Source: an uncultured bacterium (lineage in GTDB: Bacteria; Patescibacteriota; Minisyncoccia; Phycocordibacterales; UBA9973). Taken from it: 64,000 bases of DNA. Position numbers and translations under genes: made by a program. Positions 27,329 to 38,095 of this stretch are shown here, one piece after another; position 1 is the stretch's first letter, and every line of letters starts with the position of its first letter. The stretch is taken from the NCBI GenBank assembly GCA_937903035.1, contig CALCZP010000004.1, positions 12,570 to 76,569 on the forward strand, written 5' to 3'. The notes beneath the pieces were generated by a model. That model ran no database searches and was not told the origin of the DNA. It worked only from the letters and a program-made list of their open reading frames with translations.

Positions 27329-27796
27329 TTAGAGTGCCTGATCGTGATGCTTCTTGTTCTGACGAAGTTCGATATTACGGAGCTGCTTTTCAATGAGCCA
27401 AAGTACGATGAATGTAAAGAGGGTGAGTACGGTAATAGCAATTGCGAGATAGTAAAGTCCAAATCCACATGCCATACCAATACCAGCCGCAACCCACATA
27501 CCACTTGCAGTCGTAACACCACTAACCTGGTTATCATTACGATGCACAATAGCACCAACACCCAGAAATCCTGCCGCTGCCACTACTTGCGCAGCAATAC
27601 GCATTGGATCAAAATTATGAATCGACATACTACTCGTCACAATCTCTGAAATCACCACAAAGACTGCGGAACCCATTGAGATTAGTGTATACGTGCGCAT
27701 GCCTGCAGTTTTGTGTGCCACAAAGCGCTCAACACCAAGTGTCATACCGAGCACCATTGCGAGCATGATATTTAAGTAGATTTCAGGAATCATCAT
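27329..27796 (-). CDS. MgtC/SapB family membrane protein
   Basis: GVER..AGMRTY, DPMRIAAQVV..GFLGVG, GVTTASGMW. Confidence 0.9.
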   Translation of the reverse strand: MMIPEIYLNIMLAMVLGMTLGVERFVAHKTAGMRTYTLISMGSAVFVVISEIVTSSMSIHNFDPMRIAAQVVAAAGFLGVGAIVHRNDNQVSGVTTASGMWVAAGIGMACGFGLYYLAIAITVLTLFTFIVLWLIEKQLRNIELRQNKKHHDQAL

Positions 27797-27797
27797 A

Positions 27798-28574
27798 TTA
27801 TTTTTCTTCAACAAGAATCGCTTCGGTAGTCTCAGTGGTATCACTCACCACAACAGGCTCTACTGCCTCTGTAGTATTTCCTCCCTCAAGTGCTCGATAT
27901 AACTGGATAACAACTAACAGTGCAATCGGATATGCAACAATGAGTCCGAATCCAAATGTGCAGATCCCGACAAGAATCAGGAGTATTGCAAGTACAACAA
28001 CGGTAAGAAAAATAGTCCAAAACTTTGTTCCTTTGGTGATCGACCATGAATAACGAATCGCATCACGAACCCCCTTCTGTCGGTCAACAAATGAAATAGT
28101 AGCAAACATAAGTCTCGTACTAACGTATATAACTGGAATCACTACTAAGATCAGGTATGCGGCGCCTATTGAAATAGTAAGCCCAACACCCATAAACAAT
28201 AATGGAAGGCCTACTATGCCAAATGTCACAAGTAGTCCAAGTGCAACCATAATCGGCAAACTAACGATAATACTTACGCCAAATACTTTGAGCCACTGCA
28301 TCACAGTCGGGAGATGTTTGAATAGTCCTTGTACAGTTCCTACTTTTTCTTCTTTACCATCAATCACCGCAAGTGTTACGGAGATCGCGATGTAGGTCAC
28401 TACAAGTGACAAGATACTTGAAACAACTGCAAGCAGAGTGTTTACATGACGGTGGTGTGTATCGAGATTAAGGATTGCGATTACTAGTGCAATGACGATA
28501 TAGATCGTCGCATGCTTAGTGAAGAGCTGCCAAGCTTTTTGAATAGAGTTTCGAATTGAAAAGTGGAATTGCAT
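27798..28574 (-). CDS. Multi-pass membrane protein
   Basis: About 6 TM segments; AIRYSWSITKG motif. Confidence 0.7.
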   Translation of the reverse strand: MQFHFSIRNSIQKAWQLFTKHATIYIVIALVIAILNLDTHHRHVNTLLAVVSSILSLVVTYIAISVTLAVIDGKEEKVGTVQGLFKHLPTVMQWLKVFGVSIIVSLPIMVALGLLVTFGIVGLPLLFMGVGLTISIGAAYLILVVIPVIYVSTRLMFATISFVDRQKGVRDAIRYSWSITKGTKFWTIFLTVVVLAILLILVGICTFGFGLIVAYPIALLVVIQLYRALEGGNTTEAVEPVVVSDTTETTEAILVEEK

Positions 28575-28579
28575 ATAGG

Positions 28580-30295
28580 TTACATACGGTCGGGGGCTAT
28601 CTCATAATAATTCGTTAAGAATTGTACCATGCTAAAAAATGGATCACCAAGAGTCTGAATGGCAAACTGGGCACCGTTCTTTGGATATACATTGTACAGA
28701 TACAGTACGTAGCGAGGATTTGTTGCGGGAAAAAAGCCGATTAGTGAGTGCAAGTTGCGATCATTATAATATCCCGTACCATCTGATTTTGCGATTTGTG
28801 CAGTACCCGTCTTTGCGCCGACAGTATAGTGTGGGAGTCCTCGATGATAACCATCATCTACCACATGAGTAAGCATGCTACGAATCGTCGCAGTGGTTTC
28901 TGACTTAAGAACATTATCAATAACCGGATACTCGAGTTTCTTGGTAAAACCATTTGACTCTTTGATCTCTCTTACCAAATGCGGCGTCACGAGTTTGCCA
29001 CCATTTGCAAGGATTGCAAATCCACGCACGGTGTTGATCGGTGTCGTTGCAATACCTTGCCCGAATGATGCAGTCGCATAATTGACATCGTTTGGCGTCT
29101 TAAGTCCACTGACCAACCCCTTAATTTCATTTGGAAGATCAATCCCGGTACGCTCACCGATTTTGTACCGATCAAGCATATATTCCTTAAACAGATCTTT
29201 ACCCATCTTTTGCTCAACAAAAACCATACCTGTGTTGAGTGACTGATTGAGCACATCCTGCATACTCACCTTACCTCGACCTTTATGATCAAAGTTCTTG
29301 AGTACTTTGTCATCAACTTTTACCTCTCCGCTATCAAAGTAGGTTGTTGATGACGTAACGATACCTGCATCAATTGCTGCAGCCATAACAAGTGGTTTAA
29401 CAATTGACCCCATTTCATAGACGTTTTGAGTAAAAGGATTAGCGTACACACTGACGTTTTTGGCACTTCCGTACTCGTTGAGGTCAAATGTTGGGACCTG
29501 TGCCATCGCAATGATTTCTCCTGTATATGGATCCATCACTACACCGCCAACAGCATCACTCGACCAAGTATTTTCTATACCTGCGATTGCGGCCTCGAGC
29601 TGATTTTGAACACTTGGCTCAATAGTAGTAACCACATCCCCTGTTGCTGTTTTATTATGAAAAATGCTTGATTGGACGTTTGCAAAAATCTCAGCAAAGA
29701 AGTTGACATAAAAATTCTCTGCATTTCGTGAAAGTACATCATTATATTCCTCTTCAAGACCATAGTTGCCTGTTAGTTCATTGTCTTTATATGAGACAAA
29801 GCCGATTGCTTTTGCCGCAAGGCTGCCGCCAGGATAGGTGCGCCATTTCTGGCGATAGAGTGTAACACCAGGCAAATCAAGCGTAGTAATCTTTTGCCCC
29901 TGATCATTGGTGACTCGCTCAGCGATCTCTTCATATGGATCATTTTTTTTACCAATACTTACAACAAAGTCATCATAATCTATCGGAACAATCGCATTGA
30001 GCGCATTGTAGGTATGCTCAGCATCACTAATCTGTGCAGGAACAATCGCTACTTTGAATCCATCTTCAACGGTTGCAGCTGCAATCGTTGTACCATCTTT
30101 TTTGGTGAAATAAATATTTCCTCGATCAAATGATGAGCCACTCGGTGTGACGTACTGGTGCTGTGCCTTTTGTTTATAGGTGGCGCCATTCATCACCTGC
30201 AACGAAAAAAGACGGATGATGACAAGCACCCCGACTATAATGACAGCAATGATGATGATACGTATACGCGTACGATGTATGCTAGCGTCCAACAT
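28580..30295 (-). CDS. ftsI: Class B penicillin-binding protein (FtsI-like)
   Basis: GSIVK (SxxK), SLN, KTGTAQ; in the mraZ-rsmH-ftsL operon. Confidence 0.88.
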   Translation of the reverse strand: MLDASIHRTRIRIIIIAVIIVGVLVIIRLFSLQVMNGATYKQKAQHQYVTPSGSSFDRGNIYFTKKDGTTIAAATVEDGFKVAIVPAQISDAEHTYNALNAIVPIDYDDFVVSIGKKNDPYEEIAERVTNDQGQKITTLDLPGVTLYRQKWRTYPGGSLAAKAIGFVSYKDNELTGNYGLEEEYNDVLSRNAENFYVNFFAEIFANVQSSIFHNKTATGDVVTTIEPSVQNQLEAAIAGIENTWSSDAVGGVVMDPYTGEIIAMAQVPTFDLNEYGSAKNVSVYANPFTQNVYEMGSIVKPLVMAAAIDAGIVTSSTTYFDSGEVKVDDKVLKNFDHKGRGKVSMQDVLNQSLNTGMVFVEQKMGKDLFKEYMLDRYKIGERTGIDLPNEIKGLVSGLKTPNDVNYATASFGQGIATTPINTVRGFAILANGGKLVTPHLVREIKESNGFTKKLEYPVIDNVLKSETTATIRSMLTHVVDDGYHRGLPHYTVGAKTGTAQIAKSDGTGYYNDRNLHSLIGFFPATNPRYVLYLYNVYPKNGAQFAIQTLGDPFFSMVQFLTNYYEIAPDRM

Positions 30296-30620
30296 TCCAA
30301 GCAACAGCACGACGAGGTGCAGCAAATGCCGTCTTTTCAGCACGGACGAAACCTTCGGCTTGTGCATAACTTTCAGTCAGGTTCTTTTCTTGTGATAGGT
30401 AGGTAAGCTCCTCGGTACTCATTGCTGAGATGAGTCCCTTGATATCACGTGCGAGCTCCTGTTGCTTCACCACTGAAAATGTAATTGCGCCAACAAAATA
30501 CAAATAACAAGCAAAGAGTGCCCCGCTCCCGATCCACGTATACGTAAGTACGGTACGAATATGTTTGTTCATGTCTTCAAATTGAACGTTTCTGATTTTG
30601 TTGGTGATTTTTTGTATCAT
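30282..30620 (-). CDS. FtsL-like cell division protein
   Basis: TM plus short coiled coil between rsmH and ftsI. Confidence 0.65.
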   Translation of the reverse strand: MIQKITNKIRNVQFEDMNKHIRTVLTYTWIGSGALFACYLYFVGAITFSVVKQQELARDIKGLISAMSTEELTYLSQEKNLTESYAQAEGFVRAEKTAFAAPRRAVAWNVGR

Positions 30621-31498
30621 AGTTTTTGTATGGTGCGAAGTTTGGCGCTACGCGCGCGAGGATTTGATAATTGTTCGTGACGAGACGGAGGAAGTGGTTT
30701 TTTTGTAATGTGTTGTGCATCAGTACGTGCTTTCATCCATTGTTTGACCACCCGATCTTCGAGACTGTGAAAGGTGATCACACTGATGCGCCCTCCAGGC
30801 TTCAGTCGTTCCCACCAGGCGTTCAATGCCTCTGGGATGACTGCAAGCTCATCATTGACAACAATACGAAAAGCTTGGAAGGTTTTAGTTGCAGGGTGAG
30901 TTCTTCCACTCTTGGGAATGACCGAGAGAATGATATCGGCAAGTTGCCTTGCAGTGTTGATAAGTCCATCGAGACGGGCATCAACAATTGCCCGTGCAAT
31001 TTTGCGCGATGCACGATCTTCGCCATACGCATAGATTACATCAGCAATCGATGATTCTTCCCATTCGTTTGCAATGTCCCACGCTGTGATGCCTGTATGA
31101 GATCCTGCATGCGCAAACGTCATTTGAAGGGGCGTATCAGTATTGAATGAAAACCCTCGATCATCCTGCAGTAGTTGAAATGTACTCGTGCCAAGATCAA
31201 GCAAGAGCTTATCTACATGATCTTGGCCGGCAGCTTCAAGAATATGATCAGCGTTTTTAAAGTTGGACTGAACGAATGTTGCCTTGCCAACCAACGCTGA
31301 TGCTTCAAATCGATCTTTTGCATGTTCATCAAGATCGACACAAATGAGGGTGATACTAGGACATGCCGCAAGTATCGCACTTGAATGCCCTCCACCACCG
31401 AAGGTGCCATCGACGACGATGTTGCCGTTTTGAAGATCGAGTGATTGAATACTTTCTTCTAAAAGAACAGGAACATGGAATGGCTGATCAGTTTTCAT
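30617..31498 (-). CDS. rsmH: 16S rRNA m4C1402 methyltransferase
   Basis: HVPVLL, DGTFGGGGHS, FHSLEDR, NPRARSAKLR. Confidence 0.96.
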   Translation of the reverse strand: MKTDQPFHVPVLLEESIQSLDLQNGNIVVDGTFGGGGHSSAILAACPSITLICVDLDEHAKDRFEASALVGKATFVQSNFKNADHILEAAGQDHVDKLLLDLGTSTFQLLQDDRGFSFNTDTPLQMTFAHAGSHTGITAWDIANEWEESSIADVIYAYGEDRASRKIARAIVDARLDGLINTARQLADIILSVIPKSGRTHPATKTFQAFRIVVNDELAVIPEALNAWWERLKPGGRISVITFHSLEDRVVKQWMKARTDAQHITKKPLPPSRHEQLSNPRARSAKLRTIQKL

Positions 31499-31500
31499 GA

Positions 31501-31935
31501 TTAGAGCACTCCGATGCCTCCCAAACGCTCAGCGAGACTATCAGCGTTTGCCTCGACGTCTTTCTTGTATGTTTTCCATGTCGCCTCATCCCAAAGTTCA
31601 ACTCTGGTATGCACGCCGACAATCGCTACCTTTCCTTCGATACCAGCTCGCTCCTTGAGAAAGTCTGGAACCAACATACGACCCTGCGCATCAACTGAAA
31701 CTTCAGTCGCACCTCCGAGAAGGTATCGGTTGAAGCTTCGAGTATCTGCTTGGAGCATGGATGAGTTTGCCAACTTCTCAGCAATACTCGTCCACTCTTT
31801 GGTAGTAAACACGAACAAACAACGGTCGAGCCCAGGCGTCACCACTACCGTTTTTCCCATTTCCTTTCTGAATTTGATCGGAAATGAGAGTCGGTTTTTT
31901 TCATCAATTGTGTGTGTATATTCGCCGATTAACAT
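31501..31935 (-). CDS. mraZ: Transcriptional repressor MraZ
   Basis: MLIGEYTHTIDEKNRL, DAQGR. Confidence 0.96.
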   Translation of the reverse strand: MLIGEYTHTIDEKNRLSFPIKFRKEMGKTVVVTPGLDRCLFVFTTKEWTSIAEKLANSSMLQADTRSFNRYLLGGATEVSVDAQGRMLVPDFLKERAGIEGKVAIVGVHTRVELWDEATWKTYKKDVEANADSLAERLGGIGVL

Positions 31936-31948
31936 TACATTTTATTTA

Positions 31949-32018
31949 CCACTTCTTCCCACTTCATTCCATTTTACTCCACTTCTATCCCCTCTAGCAA
32001 GGAAATTAATGTGGATAA
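31949..32018 (-). promoter_or_regulatory. MraZ operator repeats and DnaA box
   Basis: GTGG/ATGG repeats with 10-bp period at 31949, 31959, 31969 and 31979; TTATCCACA at 32010-32018. Confidence 0.75.
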
Positions 32019-32061
32019 CAAAAAAAGCCCTCGCTTGAGGGCTTTTTTTGAACGGACTACT

Positions 32062-32520
32062 TTAGTCAAGACTAAGGATTTTGTATGAAATGTCACCTTT
32101 CGGAGTATGCACTGCGATAAGATCACCTTTTTTCTTGCCGAGGAGTGCGACACCGATCGGAGATTTGTATGAAATCTTACCTGAGAGCATATCCGTCTCC
32201 TCACTGCCTACAATGATGAACGTGCGGGTGTTGGTCTCACCTTCTTTTTGGATCACAACGGAGCTCCCCACAGATACAACGTCGGTTGTCTTGTGATTGA
32301 TAACTTCTGCATGCTTGAGCACGTGCTCAATCGTCGCAATACGCTCCTCGAGCTTGCCCTGCTCTTCGCGGGCATTATGGTATTCGGCATTTTCGGAGAG
32401 GTCACCGAGACTCTTGGCATATTCGATCGCAGACACGATCTCTTTGCGCTTTGGTCCAGAGAGTTCCTTGAGCTCAGCTTCAAGCGCCGCCTTGTTTTCC
32501 TTGGTGATATATTCTTTCAT
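32062..32520 (-). CDS. greA: Transcription elongation factor GreA
   Basis: GDLSENAEYH, ISYKSPIG. Confidence 0.96.
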   Translation of the reverse strand: MKEYITKENKAALEAELKELSGPKRKEIVSAIEYAKSLGDLSENAEYHNAREEQGKLEERIATIEHVLKHAEVINHKTTDVVSVGSSVVIQKEGETNTRTFIIVGSEETDMLSGKISYKSPIGVALLGKKKGDLIAVHTPKGDISYKILSLD

Positions 32521-32544
32521 TGGAACAACTATACTGTGGTTTGG

Positions 32545-34227
32545 TTATTCGGTCAAAAGCTCAGGCCGGTCAGCAAATAACTGGAGTACTGGCTTGAATG
32601 CATGGGTTGCACCACTTGAAACCTTGGGACCGTCTTCCATGAGGACTGTAAATGCAAAGCGAGGATTGTCGAGCGGAAAGAATCCGATTGCCCAGGAGTT
32701 CACTCGCGTATTTCCCTTGATCTGGGCCGTACCTGTCTTTGCAGCAACAAGAATATTTGGGTTATTAAGTGCTCCTGCAGTACCTTCAGTCACCGTCATG
32801 CGCATTGCATCATGCACAACATTGTACTGGGTGTCAGTAAACGGAAGCTTAGCTGAAACAACAGGCACATTGGTTACATTCTTAAGAATCGTCGGCGTGA
32901 CAAGTCTGCCACGAGATGCAATTCCTGCGACCGCACGCAACATCTGGATAGGTGTCACCTGGAAGCCGTACTGACCAATAGCGGTATGATACGTATCTCC
33001 CAGACGCCATGGATCACCTTTAAAGTTTTTTGCTTTCCACGCAACACTTGGAACAGTTCCAGCGAGCTCACCCGAAATATTGATACCTGTTTTTTCACCA
33101 ATACCAAAGAGTTCGGCGTACTTTTCAATGTTTGCAATACCAAGGCCTTTTTGATCACCAAATCCGCCTCCGATCTGATAGAAATAGACATTAGATGAGA
33201 CTGCAATAGCCTTTCGCATATCGACATCACCATGATCGGCATTATCATTAAATATAGAATACTGGCCTGGGTTGTACGGATTTGGAATACGAAGCTCACC
33301 GGTGGTATGAATGACCTTTGTCGGTGAGATAATACCTTCTTCGAGTGCAGCAAGCCCAAGGAATGGCTTAACAATCGATCCGGGTGTATAGAGTCCTTCG
33401 GTCATACGATTAAGAAACGGCCGCTCGTCTCCGGTGATATATGATCTGATCGTCGCAACATCTTTACCTGCTGAGAGGATGCTCTGGTTGTACTCGGGAT
33501 AACTCGTCATTGCAAGGAGCTCTCCAGTGCGAATATCCATCACCGCTCCTGCACCGCCTTTATATCCTGATTGCTCAGCGAGTGCCCTGATCCCCTCAAA
33601 GAATGTTTTTTGAATCGTAGCATCCACAGACAGATTAATGTTTTCACCACGTATTGGTACTTCAATCGTACTTTGCGAGAGTACTTCCCCGCTCACGTCA
33701 GTCTCAATGAGGTTCGTACCGTTGATACCAGCAAGCGCCGTATCAAATTCTTTTTCAGCACCATCCTTACCAATAATCTTTTCTTGCCATAGATTGCCAC
33801 TCTTGTCCTTTGCTGGATATGACACGTAGCCGACTAATGTCGCAAAGCCGCCATCCTTGGTGTATTCACGTGCAGTTGGTGCGACATCGTTACCAACGGT
33901 ATTCCATGCGAGCTCAATACCATTTCTGTCATAAATGATGCCGCGATCAGCAAAGATCGGAATATGTCCGAGACTATTTTGTTCACTCTTTTTCTCATAG
34001 TAGTCAGCACGTGCAAGCTGTAGCACTCCGAGTCGCACCGGGAAGCACATCGCAACAAACACCATCACGCCAAACAATATCGCGAGTGAGCGTTTGGATA
34101 TTGCCTGTTCAATGCGACCTTCAAACTGCTGTCGATCGAATGCGGGCGAGTTGTGCACATCGAGCAAGATCTCATCTGGCTCAAGCTCAACGGTCTTTAT
34201 AAAACGTCGTCTACTTCTTCGGAACAT
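32545..34227 (-). CDS. mrdA: Penicillin-binding protein 2 (MrdA-like)
   Basis: GSIVK, SSN, KTGTAQ. Confidence 0.85.
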   Translation of the reverse strand: MFRRSRRRFIKTVELEPDEILLDVHNSPAFDRQQFEGRIEQAISKRSLAILFGVMVFVAMCFPVRLGVLQLARADYYEKKSEQNSLGHIPIFADRGIIYDRNGIELAWNTVGNDVAPTAREYTKDGGFATLVGYVSYPAKDKSGNLWQEKIIGKDGAEKEFDTALAGINGTNLIETDVSGEVLSQSTIEVPIRGENINLSVDATIQKTFFEGIRALAEQSGYKGGAGAVMDIRTGELLAMTSYPEYNQSILSAGKDVATIRSYITGDERPFLNRMTEGLYTPGSIVKPFLGLAALEEGIISPTKVIHTTGELRIPNPYNPGQYSIFNDNADHGDVDMRKAIAVSSNVYFYQIGGGFGDQKGLGIANIEKYAELFGIGEKTGINISGELAGTVPSVAWKAKNFKGDPWRLGDTYHTAIGQYGFQVTPIQMLRAVAGIASRGRLVTPTILKNVTNVPVVSAKLPFTDTQYNVVHDAMRMTVTEGTAGALNNPNILVAAKTGTAQIKGNTRVNSWAIGFFPLDNPRFAFTVLMEDGPKVSSGATHAFKPVLQLFADRPELLTE

Positions 34228-34489
34228 AGAGTTCAGCAACGCGTGTCTGTGTCGTTATAAGAAAATGAATAAGGAGTACAACCATGACAACCATTGTGAC
34301 CTGGAACATTGATATGCCAAATCCGCGCGTTGGCACATAGACCGCATCTGCAAAGATCGCAGGCAGGAGCAAAAAGATCCGATACCGTACCGAAAGCACA
34401 GCAATCAAAAGCAGCAGTCCCTGAAGCCATAATGGCGCCCACAGAACAGCTGCAGCAAGTATCAAAATGGCGATGATAGTGCGAACCAT
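34211..34489 (-). CDS. Small membrane protein upstream of PBP2
   Basis: Hydrophobic 92-aa ORF; TAGAAT just upstream of ATG 34489. Confidence 0.55.
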   Translation of the reverse strand: MVRTIIAILILAAAVLWAPLWLQGLLLLIAVLSVRYRIFLLLPAIFADAVYVPTRGFGISMFQVTMVVMVVLLIHFLITTQTRVAELYVPKK

Positions 34490-34511
34490 TAGGCTGATTC
34501 TAGCATATTGC

Positions 34512-35639
34512 TTAGGCAAACACCACTGCAACAGCGGGTACAAGCCGTGTGTCGAAAATATCAGGGACGATCATAGTTTCGGTCGGTGTCGCAACAAGAT
34601 CTGCGATGACATGCGCCGCTTTGATCAAATGACCATGTGTGATCTCTCGCGTAGCAGTATCGAGCGCACCGCGAAAGAGTCCTGGGAATGCCAGCGCATT
34701 ATTGATCTGATTTGGAAAGTCTGAGCGACCTGTTGCCATGATGTATACACCTGCATCATGCGCATCATTTGGATGAATCTCGGGTACTGGATTTGCCATC
34801 GCAAAAATGATTGGGCGTTCATTCATACGTTGCACCATGTCCTTGGTTAGCGCGTTGGCAACACTGACACCGATGAATACATGCGCACCGACAAGTGCTT
34901 CAGCGAGTGTTCCTGCAGTTGCATGTGTTTTCTCTGCAATGAGTTTTTTCTCTGGTGTTAGATCAGTGCGAGACATACTGAGTGCACCTTTACTATCAAG
35001 CACCGTCATCTGATGTATACCCGCATCCCACAGAAGCTCTGCAATCGCAATACCTGCAGCCCCTGCACCATTAATCACCACTCGTGCATCAGCAAACGCG
35101 AGTTCGCGAAGCTTGAGCGCATTGATGAGACCTGCGAGTACAACAGTAGCCGTACCATGTTGATCATCATGAAAAACCGGGATCGAGAGTCGTGCGCGGA
35201 GCTTTGCTTCTATTTCAAAACAACGTGGTGCTGCAATATCCTCAAGGTTAATACCGGCAAATGATGGCGCAAGCGCTGCAACTGTTTCAATGATCTGATC
35301 TGTATCTTGGGTTGCAAGACAAAGCGGCACCGCATCAATATCTGCAAAGCGTTTAAAGAGTGCAGCCTTGCCTTCCATGACTGGCATTGCCGCAGCAGGA
35401 CCAATGTTGCCAAGTCCAAGCACTGCAGAGCCATCAGTAATGATCGCAACGGTGTTTCCAATGTTCGTGTATTTTTTTGCAAGCGATACATCAACTGCAA
35501 TATCTGATGAGATGAGTCCAACACCGGGCGTGTATGCAAGCGAGAGATCTGCCTTGGTATCAAGTGGTACCTTGAGTGCTGTTGCGAGCTTGCCATGGTG
35601 TCGCGCGTGAAGTTCACGTGCCTGTTCGTCAAACGTCAT
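34512..35639 (-). CDS. NAD(P)-dependent malic enzyme
   Basis: LAYTPGV, INLEDI, FHDDQHGT, GAGAAG, GRSDFPNQINN. Confidence 0.95.
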   Translation of the reverse strand: MTFDEQARELHARHHGKLATALKVPLDTKADLSLAYTPGVGLISSDIAVDVSLAKKYTNIGNTVAIITDGSAVLGLGNIGPAAAMPVMEGKAALFKRFADIDAVPLCLATQDTDQIIETVAALAPSFAGINLEDIAAPRCFEIEAKLRARLSIPVFHDDQHGTATVVLAGLINALKLRELAFADARVVINGAGAAGIAIAELLWDAGIHQMTVLDSKGALSMSRTDLTPEKKLIAEKTHATAGTLAEALVGAHVFIGVSVANALTKDMVQRMNERPIIFAMANPVPEIHPNDAHDAGVYIMATGRSDFPNQINNALAFPGLFRGALDTATREITHGHLIKAAHVIADLVATPTETMIVPDIFDTRLVPAVAVVFA

Positions 35640-35640
35640 A

Positions 35641-36396
35641 CTAAATAAATCGTCTGATAATAAAACGAAGCACAATGAATGCGAGTACGATTCCAACCAC
35701 GTAGAACATGAGCATGCTACCGAGGAGTGATGCGAGCGACGTTGCGCCAATCAGAATCAAGTAATCCTTGGGATTGTTCTGGCTGTCAGCAGAAGGATTC
35801 TTCTCAGGCTCAACACCGGCGATTTCCTTGGCGATTTTTTCCTCGACTTGTCGTGCGACCGAAATACCGAGATCGCGCTTTGCTTCGTCACGCATTGTTG
35901 CAAAATGCTCTGCCTGTGCGATACGCCACTTCTCTACTGATGCAAGATGTATACCAAACCATTGCTTGATCGCATCAGCCCCCGGGAAGCCATTGATAGC
36001 GATAGGTGCAGTCGCACCAACTGCGATGGTACCGAGTTCTCCTTTAAGACTCGCAACATCCTTTTTATCCTTGGTATTTACTGCCTTGGTGATCGATACA
36101 AGAATGCTTGCAGGAGCTTCAGGCATGACCCATGGCACGACTGCGCTCTTGCCACTCTCTTTTGGTACTACGACAACTACTGTTCCGATATCGGTACCAC
36201 CGGACGCAAACATGACCGTCACCGAGACTTCATTCTTGGTGTTGTTGTACACAAATGCATTGAGATCAATCGTGGCACCTGGCCTTGCATCAGATGGAGT
36301 AACCCACAGTGTTTCAGCAGGAGGAGTCGCAACGGCTCCTACTAGCGCAGGCACAAGGAATACGATGAGCGATAGAATACCGATGAGTCGTCGCAT
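35641..36396 (-). CDS. Surface protein: signal peptide, Ig-like beta domain, C-terminal TM
   Basis: Hydrophobic N- and C-termini with a beta-rich middle. Confidence 0.65.
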   Translation of the reverse strand: MRRLIGILSLIVFLVPALVGAVATPPAETLWVTPSDARPGATIDLNAFVYNNTKNEVSVTVMFASGGTDIGTVVVVVPKESGKSAVVPWVMPEAPASILVSITKAVNTKDKKDVASLKGELGTIAVGATAPIAINGFPGADAIKQWFGIHLASVEKWRIAQAEHFATMRDEAKRDLGISVARQVEEKIAKEIAGVEPEKNPSADSQNNPKDYLILIGATSLASLLGSMLMFYVVGIVLAFIVLRFIIRRFI

Positions 36397-36397
36397 G

Positions 36398-37123
36398 TTA
36401 TTTAAGTGAAAATGCTGCCTTTACTGTCACAGTCACCTGCTTTTCGATCTGAGACGTATCATAGCTCCCATAGTCAGATACATCAGTTGAGTTGCGAGAC
36501 TGGACTTGGACCACACCACTTGATGCACTCTTGAGGGTACCGACATCCTTGCCTGAATTCTTGGCAATCTCGCCTGCACGGGCCTTGGCATCATCAATAG
36601 CCTGTGAGAGAAGCGTGATACGTGTCTCAGGAAGCTTTGAGTAGTAGTACTCGAGCGAGAGACTTGAGAAGATCACATTCTGCCCCACTACTGTCGCGAG
36701 ATTTTTGGATGCATTGGTTACGCGATCAACATCCATCGTTGATACAGTGAGCACCTGCGTGAGCGAGTAGAGCTTTTCGGCAGATTGGTTCTGCTGATAG
36801 ACCTCATTCATCGAGACCGGACTAATATTGAGCTCAGTATCAGCGATCTGCTGCCCTTTCATGAATGATTTGGTGATCTCAAGGTCACGGGCAATCTGCT
36901 CATACCCGCTCTTGAGATTACTCTCGCGCACGGTGCGACTGATCTGGGTGATCCACTTTGCCTGGTCTGCCGTGACCTCCATCTTTGCAGAGCCGGTCAC
37001 TGACACGGTGTCATTGAGCGAGCGCAAGCGAAATACGGTCATTGCACCAACAACTGTTGCAATGAGAAAACTGCCGCCGAGAATAATACCAAGGAGTACG
37101 AGTGGGTGAAATTTTTGCTGCAT
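36398..37123 (-). CDS. SIMPL (DUF541) domain protein
   Basis: VSVTGSA..V.AD.A.W, AIDDAKARA. Confidence 0.88.
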   Translation of the reverse strand: MQQKFHPLVLLGIILGGSFLIATVVGAMTVFRLRSLNDTVSVTGSAKMEVTADQAKWITQISRTVRESNLKSGYEQIARDLEITKSFMKGQQIADTELNISPVSMNEVYQQNQSAEKLYSLTQVLTVSTMDVDRVTNASKNLATVVGQNVIFSSLSLEYYYSKLPETRITLLSQAIDDAKARAGEIAKNSGKDVGTLKSASSGVVQVQSRNSTDVSDYGSYDTSQIEKQVTVTVKAAFSLK

Positions 37124-37147
37124 ATACGTGAAGTATAGCACTGCTTG

Positions 37148-37756
37148 CTAGTGGAACGTAAAGAAACCGTAGAATATTGCCGCAAAGTTAAGTACTGCAT
37201 GCGCGAGCGATATCAGGATCAAGCTTGGGAAATACCGATACATGAGTGCAAAACAAAGCCCTCCGATGAATGCAACTGACAACATGATGCCAGGCAATGG
37301 ATAAATGACATGCAAAAACGTAAACAACAGAACATTAAATAGAATGATGAACCACCACTTTGATGAAAGCAATCGCAATTTATAAAAGAGAAATCCTCGA
37401 TAAGCGATTTCTTGCAACAGAGACACCGGAAGAAACATAAATAACAGATGCGATGACTGCCACCATGTTCCGACAGATTCGAGTCCAAGCTTTTTGGATA
37501 CCCACGCAAGTGCACATACACCCGCTATAGTAAACAAGGTATATGGGATCAATCCTTTGCGAAATGATGTTCGTGAGATGCCAAGGGCAGCATCAGGAAT
37601 GCGTTCATGCATGATAATGCCATACATAAGGAGCATTGAGATGCACAGTACAAGCATCCGCCATTCTGGATTGATGATACCAGTCGCAATGAGCGCAACC
37701 GGTACGATAAAGATAAAGAAAATCTCGCTGAGGATTGTTTCTCGGTCAGTAGTCAT
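37148..37756 (-). CDS. CPBP (CAAX/Abi) intramembrane protease family
   Basis: QEIAYRGF, FTFLH, HAVLN. Confidence 0.85.
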   Translation of the reverse strand: MTTDRETILSEIFFIFIVPVALIATGIINPEWRMLVLCISMLLMYGIIMHERIPDAALGISRTSFRKGLIPYTLFTIAGVCALAWVSKKLGLESVGTWWQSSHLLFMFLPVSLLQEIAYRGFLFYKLRLLSSKWWFIILFNVLLFTFLHVIYPLPGIMLSVAFIGGLCFALMYRYFPSLILISLAHAVLNFAAIFYGFFTFH

Positions 37757-37758
37757 AC

Positions 37759-38031
37759 TTATGCGTTAATTGCGCCTTCCTTGATAAGGAGTGCTCGCTT
37801 GGCATCAGGGCCACCACGGTTGTACCCACCTACTTTTCCATCAGATCGGATCACGCGGTGACACGGAACAGTCAGATCATAGTTATCCTTCATGATCGCA
37901 CCGACTGCACGAGCAGCACCAGGATACCCCGCCTTTGCGGCAACTGCACCATAGGTCATGGTCTTGCCCACAGAAATCTTGCGGACCTCTGCGCGTACCT
38001 TATCTGCAAATATTGTTTCGATCTTTTTCAT
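37759..38031 (-). CDS. MGMT-family alkyltransferase (C-terminal domain only)
   Basis: TYGAVA, AARAVG, PCHRV. Confidence 0.9.
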   Translation of the reverse strand: MKKIETIFADKVRAEVRKISVGKTMTYGAVAAKAGYPGAARAVGAIMKDNYDLTVPCHRVIRSDGKVGGYNRGGPDAKRALLIKEGAINA

Positions 38032-38095
38032 AGACTTAGTATATCCTATTGCAAAAAAGCGGTTTTGTATTACAATCTCATAGTCCCACTCAAAT

